Below are positions 31,131 to 41,079 of a stretch of DNA of 64,000 nucleotides, piece after piece. A program made the translations under genes and the position numbers. Within the stretch, counting starts at the first letter, position 1; the number at the start of each line of letters is the position of its first letter. This DNA is from Candidatus Uhrbacteria bacterium (GTDB lineage Bacteria > Patescibacteriota > Patescibacteriia > GWA2-47-26), in contig JACPJN010000009.1 of assembly GCA_016187515.1 (NCBI GenBank), positions 4,891 through 68,890 on the forward strand, in the 5' to 3' direction. Under the pieces are notes generated by a model that saw only the letters and a list, made by a program, of their open reading frames with translations, ran no database searches and was not told where the DNA came from.

Positions 31131-31162
31131 GGCCTGGTGCGATGCACCAGGCCGTTACTTTT
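31131..31162. terminator. Terminator hairpin
   Basis: GGCCTGGTGC-GAT-GCACCAGGCC followed by GTTACTTTT. Confidence 0.7.
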
Positions 31163-32012
31163 CCACTACAATCATTACTTTTCTCCCATTTAATACATCC
31201 CCGCCATTTCTCCCTCCGCTCGCGAGCGGAGGGATCCAATCATGCACCGCGTTCATCAGTACGGCCGGATCATACAAGTATGCTTCACCGCGCTTGGTGC
31301 CGGGATCATTAGTAATGATTTTACCATCTTTGGTCCAACCACGCACGATCAGCATATGATAGAGCGGCCCGGGCTGATGGAAGTAACGATTACCCAAAAG
31401 CTGTCCGGCCGCCGGAAGAATTACCGGCCGCCCTTGCGCTACCTCGCGTTTAATATCTTCAATCGTTGGATTATCGACTACGCGCACATTTTCATAACCA
31501 TAATACTCCCGTAAAATCCGCGCTGTCTCCGCCGCATCCGTATCTTTCCAATAGCCAAATGTCTTGGTCTCCCAGTCCGCAATCGCGTAAATCTCCTGAT
31601 CCGCGGACTCCCGAGTAAAAGTATGCCCCTTAAAAAACGCATCCACCATCATCACCGCCGCTTCCTCGCAAGCGTCTTCATGTAGCGCATCCCAATTTGC
31701 AAACGGCGCCTGGCTCGTAAACGGCACGGCTAAATTAAACTCCGCGGGCAAATCCCCCCGCGCAGAAAGTTCCATACTTGGAACTATGGAACTTTTTTGG
31801 GGAAAATCATTTTGTGGGTTTGTTGTAATAGGTGACGCCGTTTTCGCGTCGCGGATTTCCAGCGACGCCTGCATCTTCTCATGGGTCTGCGCCTCCGGCA
31901 CACCTCGCTTCTCCCACTTCTCTGCCACATACCCCGCCATTCTCCCCCGATACGCGAACGACCCCGCCGCCACTGCAATTAAAACTATCCCCGCCCAAAA
32001 ACGAAACTTCAT
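31155..32012 (-). CDS. Membrane-anchored peptidase C39-like protein
   Basis: VPFTSQAP, ACEEA, YHMLIVRG, ITNDPG. Confidence 0.8.
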   Translation of the reverse strand: MKFRFWAGIVLIAVAAGSFAYRGRMAGYVAEKWEKRGVPEAQTHEKMQASLEIRDAKTASPITTNPQNDFPQKSSIVPSMELSARGDLPAEFNLAVPFTSQAPFANWDALHEDACEEAAVMMVDAFFKGHTFTRESADQEIYAIADWETKTFGYWKDTDAAETARILREYYGYENVRVVDNPTIEDIKREVAQGRPVILPAAGQLLGNRYFHQPGPLYHMLIVRGWTKDGKIITNDPGTKRGEAYLYDPAVLMNAVHDWIPPLASGGRNGGDVLNGRKVMIVVEK

Positions 32013-32014
32013 AA

Positions 32015-32905
32015 CTAACGCACAATTAGTGCCACGCCAATAAGTGTTACGGCAAACAGCGCCACTTTCTTTATAACGCTTCCGCGCGCAATGTCCTCCT
32101 TAAACATATTCGGAAACCATCTTTTAAATACCAGCGCATAGAGCAAAATAAAAAATGGCTGCACCGACCCGACTCCGTGCACCAAGCTCACCGGTGCGAT
32201 TGAGATTGCATACGTTACCGCCACAAACGCTCCAAACGTAATCAGCTCCTCAATTACAAACAGATGCGCCACGCCGCGAAAACGCGCCAGGGAAAACCCC
32301 AGCTTGCGAAATGGCGAAATAATCCCGACCGTGATAAATATCACCCCCAGCGCCGAAATCAAACTCCAGGTAAATCCGGTAACCCAGTCCACCCGCTCAA
32401 ATACATACTTATAGGTTGTCGCTTCAATCGCGAGCATAAACGCGCTCAGCGCCATATACCAGAGCGACTTGCGAAAACGCAGAATTTTGCCTTTCTGCAT
32501 GGTAACTGCCGCGCTGGCGAATACCACCATAAGAAATCCGAAATATTGCATTGGTGACAAAACCTCCTTTACTGCCAGGTAAGCCAAAACCGGAATAAAC
32601 ACTTTTCCAAGTGAAAACAGAGAGCTCACGACAGAAGTGTCATCATTCTGCAGGGCGCGATAATAGGGATATAAAACCAGGAGATCCACAAAACCCACAA
32701 TTAAAAGCGCGGGGATGAGATCTGCGGGCGGTAGCGCAGGCCTTTGCCAAATAAAAATTATCGGCAGAAAAATAATACTCGCCGCCGCGCTGTAGAAATG
32801 TATGACCAGCGGATTGCGAAAGACGCGGTTGGCAAAAAAATTGTCCAATACATTCGCCGCGCCATATAAAGCCGCTGATCCAATCGCCAACAAAACCCAA
32901 GTCAT
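32015..32905 (-). CDS. EamA/DMT transporter
   Basis: About 10 TM helices in two repeats. Confidence 0.82.
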   Translation of the reverse strand: MTWVLLAIGSAALYGAANVLDNFFANRVFRNPLVIHFYSAAASIIFLPIIFIWQRPALPPADLIPALLIVGFVDLLVLYPYYRALQNDDTSVVSSLFSLGKVFIPVLAYLAVKEVLSPMQYFGFLMVVFASAAVTMQKGKILRFRKSLWYMALSAFMLAIEATTYKYVFERVDWVTGFTWSLISALGVIFITVGIISPFRKLGFSLARFRGVAHLFVIEELITFGAFVAVTYAISIAPVSLVHGVGSVQPFFILLYALVFKRWFPNMFKEDIARGSVIKKVALFAVTLIGVALIVR

Positions 32906-33023
32906 ATTGTAAAATGCAAATTAGACGAAATGTTACGTAGTGTAAGGAAACCTTGCGCCCGCCGCACTCGACTAAAATGTCCGAATAAATTCGTCCATTT
33001 TACGTCTCGCTTGCGGGTGTAAA

Positions 33024-34484
33024 CTATGTAACTTGCGTATCATTTTTATTCGACGCGATTGCTGCTTTACTAAAAAGTTTAAGCATGGCGTGAAGGTCAT
33101 CGCTGGTCAGGGTATGCAGGAGCAGGTGCGCGGCGGCGTATACGGCGGCGCCGGCAAGGATGGTAAATGGCCAGAAGATAAATGCTTTTAAGTAAATGAC
33201 CAGCGCCGCCATTGCCGCGACAGCAGCGAGTGTTTTTATAAGCACGCGCACGACATAGCCGGATGGCGCAAGTACGCGCGCGGCGCAGAGCATGGTCCCC
33301 AGCCACAAAAACGCGTTGGTGGAAACGGCCGCGATTGAAGCGCCAACCGCGCCATAGCGCGGAATCAGCAGGAGATTCAGTATGATGTTCGCCCCCATCG
33401 TAACGCCCATAAATGTCGTATTGATAGTTTGCCGTCCGGTGGCATTGAGCAAAGCGCCCACCGGAAAATACAGAAAAATGAATACCAGTCCGAAAATGGA
33501 AATTTGAAGGGGCAGAATGGAATTGAAAAAATCCCCGCCGTAGACCGTAAGAATAATTTCCGGCGCAAGCGAAGCAATCCCAAAGGCGATCGGCGTGGCA
33601 ATCAAAATCGCGTAAAGCAGCGCGCGGTCAAAAATCCAGCGCGCCCGGGCGCGGTCCGCGATCCAGGTATTGGAAAGCGCCGGATAAATCGCGGCCGAAA
33701 GCGCCATGGGAAAAAATTGAAAAGCATAAGTAATTTTATATGGTACGCTGTACCAGCCGACTTCCAGATCGCCGCGCATGTGCTGCAGCATCACTGTGTC
33801 AATATAGGAATACACTTTTACAAATATTCCGGCGAGCGCAAACGGAATCGCATATTTCGCGAATGTGCGCAAAAGCGCAAAATCAAAACGGGGCCGCAAG
33901 GACAGTCCTTGGCGCCCCAGAACTGTCCTTGCGTAAAGCACATTCCATAAACTTCCCAGACCAAGCGCGATTAAAAAAGCGTGTACTGGCAGGTGCAAAA
34001 TAAGCGCGATAGAACCGGCTGCCAAAGTAATCCCCTGTCCCACCACCATCCCGATCGCCTCGTATTTTAAATTTTGCAAACCGCGCAACACGCCCCAAAA
34101 AATCAAATGGAAAGCGTCCAGCATCATGACCAGTCCGGCCAGGGCAATAAGCTCTAGGGTGAGCGGCGGATGCCCCAGCAGATACGCGGCGGCAAGCACC
34201 GCGCCGTAGGCCAGAAAACTTAAAATTATTTTTATGCCAAAGACCGTTTGCAAATACTCCCGGGCGCGGTCTTTTGCGCGGGCCACTTCCCGCACCAGTA
34301 CCGGCTGAATACCCAGATCCGCGACCACGGAAAAAATCGTGGTAAAGGCAAGCGCAAACGTATATTTTCCAATGGTCTCCACGCCTAAAGCGCGCGCCAG
34401 TAGCGTAAAATAAACAAAAGACAGTAGCTTCTGTCCCACTAACGCGGAGGTAAGATAAAAGGTATTACGGGCAACCGACGGCAT
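33024..34484 (-). CDS. Wzx-like flippase
   Basis: DLGIQPVLVREVA, IDTVML, VGWYSVPY; multiple TM helices. Confidence 0.88.
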   Translation of the reverse strand: MPSVARNTFYLTSALVGQKLLSFVYFTLLARALGVETIGKYTFALAFTTIFSVVADLGIQPVLVREVARAKDRAREYLQTVFGIKIILSFLAYGAVLAAAYLLGHPPLTLELIALAGLVMMLDAFHLIFWGVLRGLQNLKYEAIGMVVGQGITLAAGSIALILHLPVHAFLIALGLGSLWNVLYARTVLGRQGLSLRPRFDFALLRTFAKYAIPFALAGIFVKVYSYIDTVMLQHMRGDLEVGWYSVPYKITYAFQFFPMALSAAIYPALSNTWIADRARARWIFDRALLYAILIATPIAFGIASLAPEIILTVYGGDFFNSILPLQISIFGLVFIFLYFPVGALLNATGRQTINTTFMGVTMGANIILNLLLIPRYGAVGASIAAVSTNAFLWLGTMLCAARVLAPSGYVVRVLIKTLAAVAAMAALVIYLKAFIFWPFTILAGAAVYAAAHLLLHTLTSDDLHAMLKLFSKAAIASNKNDTQVT

Positions 34485-34567
34485 ATTACAAAACCACAGA
34501 AAGTGTACCACAGAAACCACAGAATTGATAGTTCTGTGTGCTCTGTGTAACAATTTCTGTGGTTCCA

Positions 34568-35200
34568 CTATCGTTTGGCCCACTGCGGGCCGCGGCGGGC
34601 GCGCTTGAGTCCCGGCTTTTTGCGCTCTTTTTCTCGCGGATCACGCGTCAGATAACCTTTGGAGCGCAATACCGGGCGCAAATTCTCATCCAGTTTAAGC
34701 AGCGCGCGGGCAATGCCCAGTCGAGTCGCCTCCGCCTGTCCGCGAATCCCCCCGCCGCGCACTTTTACGGCAATCCGCGCGGATTTTCGGACTGAAGAAA
34801 AACGAAGCGGCTGATCAATGATTTCGCGCAGCATTTCCGCGGTAAAATAATCCTTAAGCGGTTTGCCGTTCACCTCAATTTCACTTTTTCCGTCCAGGTA
34901 AAAAAATACTCGGGCAACCGCGCGCTTACGCCGCCCGGTAGCATACACATATTTAAGCGCACTGATCGGCTCCGGACTAATCGCGTCAGCAACGGTATCT
35001 TCCGGCTTTGGTATCGCGGACGCGGCCGCCTTTTGATCCGTAATTTTTCGCGCCCCGGTCTTGGCCGGCTTTTTGGGCCTCGCTTCCGGCGCGCTTCCAT
35101 CCCTAATTTTTCGCGGCCGTCCGCGCGGTCTTTTTACCGGTTGCGCTTCCGCTCCGCCGGATACCGGAGCGCTCATGGTGCCTTGTTCATCATTAGTCAT
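34568..35200 (-). CDS. rpsI: 30S ribosomal protein S9 with N-terminal extension
   Basis: GRRKRAVARV, TRDPREKERKKPG, QWAKR. Confidence 0.96.
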   Translation of the reverse strand: MTNDEQGTMSAPVSGGAEAQPVKRPRGRPRKIRDGSAPEARPKKPAKTGARKITDQKAAASAIPKPEDTVADAISPEPISALKYVYATGRRKRAVARVFFYLDGKSEIEVNGKPLKDYFTAEMLREIIDQPLRFSSVRKSARIAVKVRGGGIRGQAEATRLGIARALLKLDENLRPVLRSKGYLTRDPREKERKKPGLKRARRGPQWAKR

Positions 35201-35211
35201 AAAATTCCAAA

Positions 35212-35571
35212 TTATTCAATCTTGAGCCGATTCAACCGCTCGCTTTGCAGCCGATTCTTCGGCAGCATCCTCGCCACCGCATCATGCAATATTTTTCGGG
35301 GATTCTTTAAAAATAACGTGCCCCACTTGGTCTCCTTAAGTCCGCCCGGGTATCCGCTGAAATGGTAAGCAATCTTTTGATCCATCTTCCGCCCGCTAAA
35401 CCGCGCGCTCTTGATATTTTGAACAACCACATAATCGCCCTGATCATGCTCGGCCCGATAGGTACGCTTGCCTTTTCCGGTAAGCAAAGTGGCGATCTGG
35501 GAAGCCAGACGCCCGAGTTGCTTACCCGTCGCGTCAAGAGTATGTGTAGCGCGCTGGACATTATAGGTCAT
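35212..35571 (-). CDS. rplM: 50S ribosomal protein L13
   Basis: LGRLASQIA, HFSGYPGGLK. Confidence 0.96.
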   Translation of the reverse strand: MTYNVQRATHTLDATGKQLGRLASQIATLLTGKGKRTYRAEHDQGDYVVVQNIKSARFSGRKMDQKIAYHFSGYPGGLKETKWGTLFLKNPRKILHDAVARMLPKNRLQSERLNRLKIE

Positions 35572-35590
35572 ATAAGTCGTATCGGTCCGA

Positions 35591-35941
35591 TTATACAAAT
35601 TCAATCCTCACCATTTCCGCGCCATCCCCGGCCCGCCGCGACAGCGTTAAAATTCGCGTATATCCGCCGGCCCGATTTTGATATCGCGGGCCAAGAACTT
35701 CAAAAAGTTTGCGGCGCGCGCCGTCGGTATATACTCGCGCGGCAACATAACGCTTAGCCGCGATAGTATTTTCGCGCGAGCGCGTTACCAGCCGCTCAAC
35801 TTTCGGACGCAGCGCTTTGGCTTTGGCGCGCGTGGTACTAATATGCTCATAAAGCACCAGGTTATTCACCAAACCGCGCAGCAGCGCTTCGCGCCGCCCG
35901 CGTCTCCGATCCAATACTTTGCCTTTCTTACGATGCCGCAT
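35591..35941 (-). CDS. rplQ: 50S ribosomal protein L17
   Basis: MRHRK, GGYTRI, RAGDGA. Confidence 0.97.
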   Translation of the reverse strand: MRHRKKGKVLDRRRGRREALLRGLVNNLVLYEHISTTRAKAKALRPKVERLVTRSRENTIAAKRYVAARVYTDGARRKLFEVLGPRYQNRAGGYTRILTLSRRAGDGAEMVRIEFV

Positions 35942-35963
35942 ACCCCGTAGTAGAACCCTGTAA

Positions 35964-36764
35964 TTAAACCGCTCCCTCCTTCGCGTTTTCCGTCACGGCT
36001 TCGGCTGCCGCCGGCTCCGCCGCTTCCGCTTCCGCCGCTTCCGCCTTTTTCTTTGAAGATTTCCGGCCGGAAGTAGGTTCAATATTAACCAGCAAATTAA
36101 AGTGGTCCATAAGAATTTTGGTGGCTTGCCGCACCGCCTCGGCCGGATCAATCGTGCCGTCCGTTTCAATATTCATGGTCAAGCGGTCATAATTCGTCTT
36201 ATGACCGACGCGGACATCCTCAATCCGATAGCCGACGGAATGAACCGGCGTAAACACCGAGTCAATGGCAATCACGCCAATCTCGCGATTCTCCTCCTCG
36301 CGCTCTTCAATCGGAACATATCCCCTTCCGGGCCGCACAAAAATTTCCATGGAAAGCGAGGCATCTTTATCCGTTAAGGTCGCGATGTAGAGATCGGGGT
36401 TCGCAATCTCAACATCCGCATTGGGAGAAATGTCCCGCGCGTACACCTCTTTTGCTCCGTTGGCCGTAAGCATTAAACGAACCGACTCGCTGCCGTGCAC
36501 TTTTGGACGAAGCTGCTTAAGATTCAACAGGATCTGGACCACATCCTCTTTAACGTTGGGAATACTGGCAAACTCGTGATCCGCACCCTGGATCTTCACC
36601 GCCGTAACCGCACCGCCGGAAAGCGAAGAAAGGAGCACGCGCCGCAGCGCGTTTCCCACGGTGGTTCCATAACCCGGATGACACGGCTCCACAATAAGCG
36701 TGGCCTTTTTCTGATCCTTCTCGGGAATAAGTTCTACACGAGTGGGGAGGAGGAGTTGTTCCAT
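35964..36764 (-). CDS. rpoA: RNA polymerase alpha subunit lacking the alpha-CTD
   Basis: GYGTTVGNALRRVLLSS, EDVVQILLNLK. Confidence 0.96.
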   Translation of the reverse strand: MEQLLLPTRVELIPEKDQKKATLIVEPCHPGYGTTVGNALRRVLLSSLSGGAVTAVKIQGADHEFASIPNVKEDVVQILLNLKQLRPKVHGSESVRLMLTANGAKEVYARDISPNADVEIANPDLYIATLTDKDASLSMEIFVRPGRGYVPIEEREEENREIGVIAIDSVFTPVHSVGYRIEDVRVGHKTNYDRLTMNIETDGTIDPAEAVRQATKILMDHFNLLVNIEPTSGRKSSKKKAEAAEAEAAEPAAAEAVTENAKEGAV

Positions 36765-36825
36765 ATATTGATATGTAATTAGTAATCGAGTAATTACGTA
36801 ATCACTTAGTTACTAAATTACTCAA

Positions 36826-37461
36826 TTATCGAGAATAAAATTCGATGATCCGTTTAAGGTCAATGTTTTGGGCTAAGTCCTCCGCTTGCGGAAGGGCGAT
36901 CACGCGGCCCTTCAGTCCGGCCGCCTCGCGAGTTATCCATGGCGGGGTCTCATGCTTCTCCAGCCGCGGAGTGATAATTTCCTGGAAAAACTTTTTTACC
37001 GCGCTTGCGGGCCGCACTTCAATTACATCACCCACGCGCACCCGGTACGAAGGGATATTTACGCGTTTGCCGTTCACCATAAAATGCCCGTGCGACACAT
37101 ATTCGCGCGCCTCGCCTCGGGAGCGGGCAAAACCCGTTCGAAAGGTTACATTATCCAAGCGCTGTTCAAGAAGCTGTCCGAGTAAAAGTCCGGTATCGCC
37201 GCGCCTGGCTGTGGCCCGTTTTACGTAATTTCGAAATTGCCGCTCGGCTAAACCGTAAATCAGGCGGGCTTTTTGTTTTTCCCTAAGCTGCAATCCAAAC
37301 CCGGTAAGCCGGCGCCGCATCCCGCTTTTGCCATGCACCCCGGGAGGATAGCTGCGCCGCACGGCCGCGCATTTTGGCGAATCACAACGATCGCCTTTAA
37401 GGTGCAGGCGCTCGCCGATTCGCCGCTCTTTTTTTTCCTTTGGACCTAGAGTTATACGCAT
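36826..37461 (-). CDS. rpsD: 30S ribosomal protein S4
   Basis: QLREKQK, LEQRLDN, IIEFYSR. Confidence 0.97.
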   Translation of the reverse strand: MRITLGPKEKKERRIGERLHLKGDRCDSPKCAAVRRSYPPGVHGKSGMRRRLTGFGLQLREKQKARLIYGLAERQFRNYVKRATARRGDTGLLLGQLLEQRLDNVTFRTGFARSRGEAREYVSHGHFMVNGKRVNIPSYRVRVGDVIEVRPASAVKKFFQEIITPRLEKHETPPWITREAAGLKGRVIALPQAEDLAQNIDLKRIIEFYSR

Positions 37462-37531
37462 ATACTAGTCATCGGTTATCAGTCGTCAGTTCACTGTACT
37501 GTGAACCGTGAACTGTTGTCCGTGAACTCAA

Positions 37532-37960
37532 TTACACCCGTCGCGGCTTTGGCGCGCGCGGACCGTTATGCGGAATGGGAGTAATATCCTTGATGCCCAC
37601 GACCTGAAATCCGGCCGCGTTAAAGGTGCGGATGGCCGACTCGCGCCCGCTGCCCACGCCTTTGACAAACACAAAGACCTCGCGCATTCCATACGGCTTA
37701 ACTTTCTCCACTAAATCCCGGACAATCTGGGCCGCGGCATAAGGCGTGGCCTTTTTCGGTCCGGAAAATCCGAGGTGTCCGGCGGTTGACCAGGCCAGCA
37801 CATTGCCATTGGGATCGGCAAGCGCGATGATCGTATTATTGTAGGTGGCCTGGACATAAGCATGCCCGCGTAGAACCTGCCGACGCAATTTCTCCTTTGC
37901 GGGCGCAACTTTTTTCACCGGCGCGCTGGCTTTTTCTGAATTTTTTACATCATCCGACAT
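37532..37960 (-). CDS. rpsK: 30S ribosomal protein S11
   Basis: ATYNNTI, DITPIPHNG. Confidence 0.97.
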   Translation of the reverse strand: MSDDVKNSEKASAPVKKVAPAKEKLRRQVLRGHAYVQATYNNTIIALADPNGNVLAWSTAGHLGFSGPKKATPYAAAQIVRDLVEKVKPYGMREVFVFVKGVGSGRESAIRTFNAAGFQVVGIKDITPIPHNGPRAPKPRRV

Positions 37961-38058
37961 AATTGCTCTGTGTACGAATTAACGAATGAGTTGCGAATAC
38001 GCGAATTTGCATTTGTAGCATTTGTAGTATTCGTACAGGATTCGTAATTCGTACACAC

Positions 38059-38445
38059 TTAGGTTTTCTCCGCGGATGCTTTTCGTCCGGAACCCATGGT
38101 CTTACGGACATTGCCGCGGACGGTGCGGGAATTGGTTTTAGTGCGGCCATGTACCGGCAATCTCCGGATATGCCGGGTCCCTCGCCAGGTCCCAATCTCC
38201 TTAAGATGCTTGATGCTGCCCATTACTTCGCGGCGCAATTCCCCTTCCACCCGAAAATTCTTTTCAATGCACTCCCGCAGAATAGCGATTTCCTGTTCCG
38301 TAAGTTCTTTCGGACGCTTATTCCGGTCCAGCTTTATCTCGCCTAAAATTCGGCTGGCTCTTGAACAGCCAATGCCATAAACGTAGGTCAGCGCGACTTC
38401 CAATCTTTTTTCCGGCAGAATGACTCCGGCGATTCTAACTGGCAT
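38059..38445 (-). CDS. rpsM: 30S ribosomal protein S13
   Basis: RIAGV, ALTYVYGIG, RTKTNSRT. Confidence 0.97.
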   Translation of the reverse strand: MPVRIAGVILPEKRLEVALTYVYGIGCSRASRILGEIKLDRNKRPKELTEQEIAILRECIEKNFRVEGELRREVMGSIKHLKEIGTWRGTRHIRRLPVHGRTKTNSRTVRGNVRKTMGSGRKASAEKT

Positions 38446-38537
38446 ATCTTGTTGAGCGAGGCAAGCGAGACAAGTAAATTAAGCGCGACAAGCTTGTGAT
38501 TTACCTAATTTACTTGCTTTACTTGATTTACTTTCAA

Positions 38538-38651
38538 TTACCCTTGCCGCTGTTTATGTCTCGGGGTCTTGCAAATAACATACAGCCGGCGCTTGCGTCG
38601 GATAATTTTACAATCTTTACAGCGCTGCTTAATTGATGCTCTTACTTTCAT
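38538..38651 (-). CDS. rpmJ: 50S ribosomal protein L36
   Basis: Manual translation [37 protein letters not shown]. Confidence 0.96.
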   Translation of the reverse strand: MKVRASIKQRCKDCKIIRRKRRLYVICKTPRHKQRQG

Positions 38652-38841
38652 AGATTACCGCGCTTCAGCCGCAGGCACAAAAAATAAACACAGAATTCAC
38701 CAGAATTGCGGCGAATTCCGTGCTCACTTTGCTGTGGTTTCGAAGTACACCCCCAAATCATGCGTTTCGCCCTAATAAACGGATGTTGCCCTAGTTTATC
38801 ATAGGCGCGTATTTTAGTCAAGCGCCCCCCAGGCCTCGTCC

Positions 38842-39084
38842 TTAATATCTATATACAATGCGCCCTTTGCTTAAATCATAAGGGCTTAATTCAATCTTAA
38901 CTTTATCCCCGGGTAAAATACGAATATGGTGCATCCGCATCCTTCCGGCCAGATGAGCGATTATTTGCTGGCCGCCCTCCAGGATTGCCCGAAATTTAGC
39001 GCCCGGAAGCAGCTCATCAATCGCCCCGTTGACCACAATAAAATCCTTGGAAGAGGTGGTGGTTTTTGCAGTTGGCTTCGCCAT
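38842..39084 (-). CDS. infA: Translation initiation factor IF-1
   Basis: [25 protein letters not shown]. Confidence 0.96.
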   Translation of the reverse strand: MAKPTAKTTTSSKDFIVVNGAIDELLPGAKFRAILEGGQQIIAHLAGRMRMHHIRILPGDKVKIELSPYDLSKGRIVYRY

Positions 39085-39144
39085 GAAGATAATTACTCAA
39101 TCACTTTTATGTAGTATACCACAGGGCTTCCGGATCGGCAATAG

Positions 39145-41052
39145 TCACTCCCGCCGAGGCGCAATATCCACCGGGGAGTTAAAGCTACCGGGCTCCACCA
39201 CCGCTTTTATCCGCCGCAGTCCCACTCCCAATGCTTCTTCCTTAGCCACCCGCACCTGTCCGATAATCCCGGTACGCGCCACGTGCGGCCCGCCGCAGAT
39301 CTCCTGGCTAAAAGTCGGGGCCTGCGGGTCGGCGCTGGCGGCCTGGTCCGGATCGCCAATGGAATACACCTTGACGACTTCGTCATAACGCTCCGGAAAA
39401 AATCCGATCACGTTTTTCTTGTACGCCTCATCAACCGTCATCTCCTGCCAACTAACCGGATAATCTCGCGCGATCGCGGCGTTGATCAACTTCTCGATCT
39501 CCGCCAATTCCGTCTTCGTGATGGCCGTTGGATGCGTAAAATCAAAACGCAGCCGCTCCGGAGTAATGTTACTTCCGCTTTGTTTAACATGATCGCCAAG
39601 CACCCGCCGCAGCGCCGCGTGCAGCAAATGCGTAGCGGTGTGCCCCATAATAGTTTTATCGGATTGATCCGCCAGGCCCCCGTGAAATTTACGCGCGACT
39701 CCTTGACGGGAAATTGCCTGATGCTGTTTCTGCGCTTCTAAAAATCCTTCGCCATCCACCGCCAACCCTTTTTCGCGCGCAAGCTCCTGGGTCATCTCCA
39801 AGGGAAAGCCATAACTCTGGTACAAATCAAACGCGTCCTTCGCTGAAATAACTCCCCCTCTTAAGTTAAGAGGGGGCCGGGGGGAGTTATGTTCAACCAT
39901 CCCCTCAAACACCTTCAGCCCCCTTATCAGCGTCTTTCTAAACTTGTCCTCTTCTTTTTTCATCGCCTCGACAATCAATCCCTGACTTTCCGCAAGATTG
40001 GGATACGCGCCGCGATAGGCCTCCACCACCGACCGCGCCACTTCCTCGCAAAATTGATCTTTTATTCCAAGCACATGCGCATAGCGGATCGCGCGCCGCA
40101 TTAACCGGCGGGTAAAGTATCCTTGCTCCTTATTTGACGGATGCGCGCCGTCGGCGATAAGGAAGGTGGCCGCGCGTAAATGATCCATAATCACGCGGAA
40201 TGCTTTGTTGACTTCCTCGGACTGCCCATATTTTTTGCGGCTGACCCTCTCCAGAGTCGCGCGCAGCGGATCAAAAATATCAATCCTAAAAATATCCGGA
40301 TTATCCAAGACCGCGGCCATCATCCGCTCCAGTCCTCCGCCAAAATCCACGTTCTTGCGCGGAAGCGGCGCAAACCCGTCCGCGACTTTACGATATTCCA
40401 TAAACACGCTGTTGGCAATTTCCAAAAACCGGCCGCAATCGCAGTTGGGGTGACACTTATCTCCAAACTTTGGATCGTGTTGCACTTGCGTAAACTCATA
40501 GAACACCTCGGAATCCGGACCGCCCGGCTCTCCGGATGGCATCTTCTCCGGCTCTCCGGCGCGGCTCCACCAATTATTTTTTGAGCCATAAAAAAGAATC
40601 CGCTCCTTTGAAAATCCAAGATTCTCCCAAATTTTTGCCGATTCGGTGTCTTTCGGGAGGTTATGCGCCGGATCACCTTCAAAACAAGTCACCCACAAGC
40701 GCTCCCGCGGGATCCCCAATTCTTTAGTGAGAAACTCAAAAAGCCACGGGAGCTGTTCGCGCTTGAAGTAGTCGCCCAGGGACCAATTTCCCAGCATTTC
40801 AAAAAAGGTGGTGTGCCGGTTATCCCCCACCTCTTCAATATCCTGGGTGCGGAAACATTTTTGGCTGTCGGCCAGGCGTTTTCCTTTGGGATGCGTTTCG
40901 CCCAAAAGATACGGAATCATGGGCTGCATGCCGGAGCCGGTAAACAAGGTCGTCGGATCGTTTTCCGGCAGAAGCGAAGAGGACGGCACGATGATATGCC
41001 CGCGCGCCGCGAAAAAATCCAGATATTTTTGACGAAGTTCCGCAGTAGTCAT
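39145..41052 (-). CDS. alaS: Alanine-tRNA ligase (short form, no C-Ala domain)
   Basis: HTTFFEMLGNWS, HTATHLLH, EICGGPHV. Confidence 0.96.
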   Translation of the reverse strand: MTTAELRQKYLDFFAARGHIIVPSSSLLPENDPTTLFTGSGMQPMIPYLLGETHPKGKRLADSQKCFRTQDIEEVGDNRHTTFFEMLGNWSLGDYFKREQLPWLFEFLTKELGIPRERLWVTCFEGDPAHNLPKDTESAKIWENLGFSKERILFYGSKNNWWSRAGEPEKMPSGEPGGPDSEVFYEFTQVQHDPKFGDKCHPNCDCGRFLEIANSVFMEYRKVADGFAPLPRKNVDFGGGLERMMAAVLDNPDIFRIDIFDPLRATLERVSRKKYGQSEEVNKAFRVIMDHLRAATFLIADGAHPSNKEQGYFTRRLMRRAIRYAHVLGIKDQFCEEVARSVVEAYRGAYPNLAESQGLIVEAMKKEEDKFRKTLIRGLKVFEGMVEHNSPRPPLNLRGGVISAKDAFDLYQSYGFPLEMTQELAREKGLAVDGEGFLEAQKQHQAISRQGVARKFHGGLADQSDKTIMGHTATHLLHAALRRVLGDHVKQSGSNITPERLRFDFTHPTAITKTELAEIEKLINAAIARDYPVSWQEMTVDEAYKKNVIGFFPERYDEVVKVYSIGDPDQAASADPQAPTFSQEICGGPHVARTGIIGQVRVAKEEALGVGLRRIKAVVEPGSFNSPVDIAPRRE

Positions 41053-41079
41053 AATGTTTGAGAAATCCCAAATCCCAAA

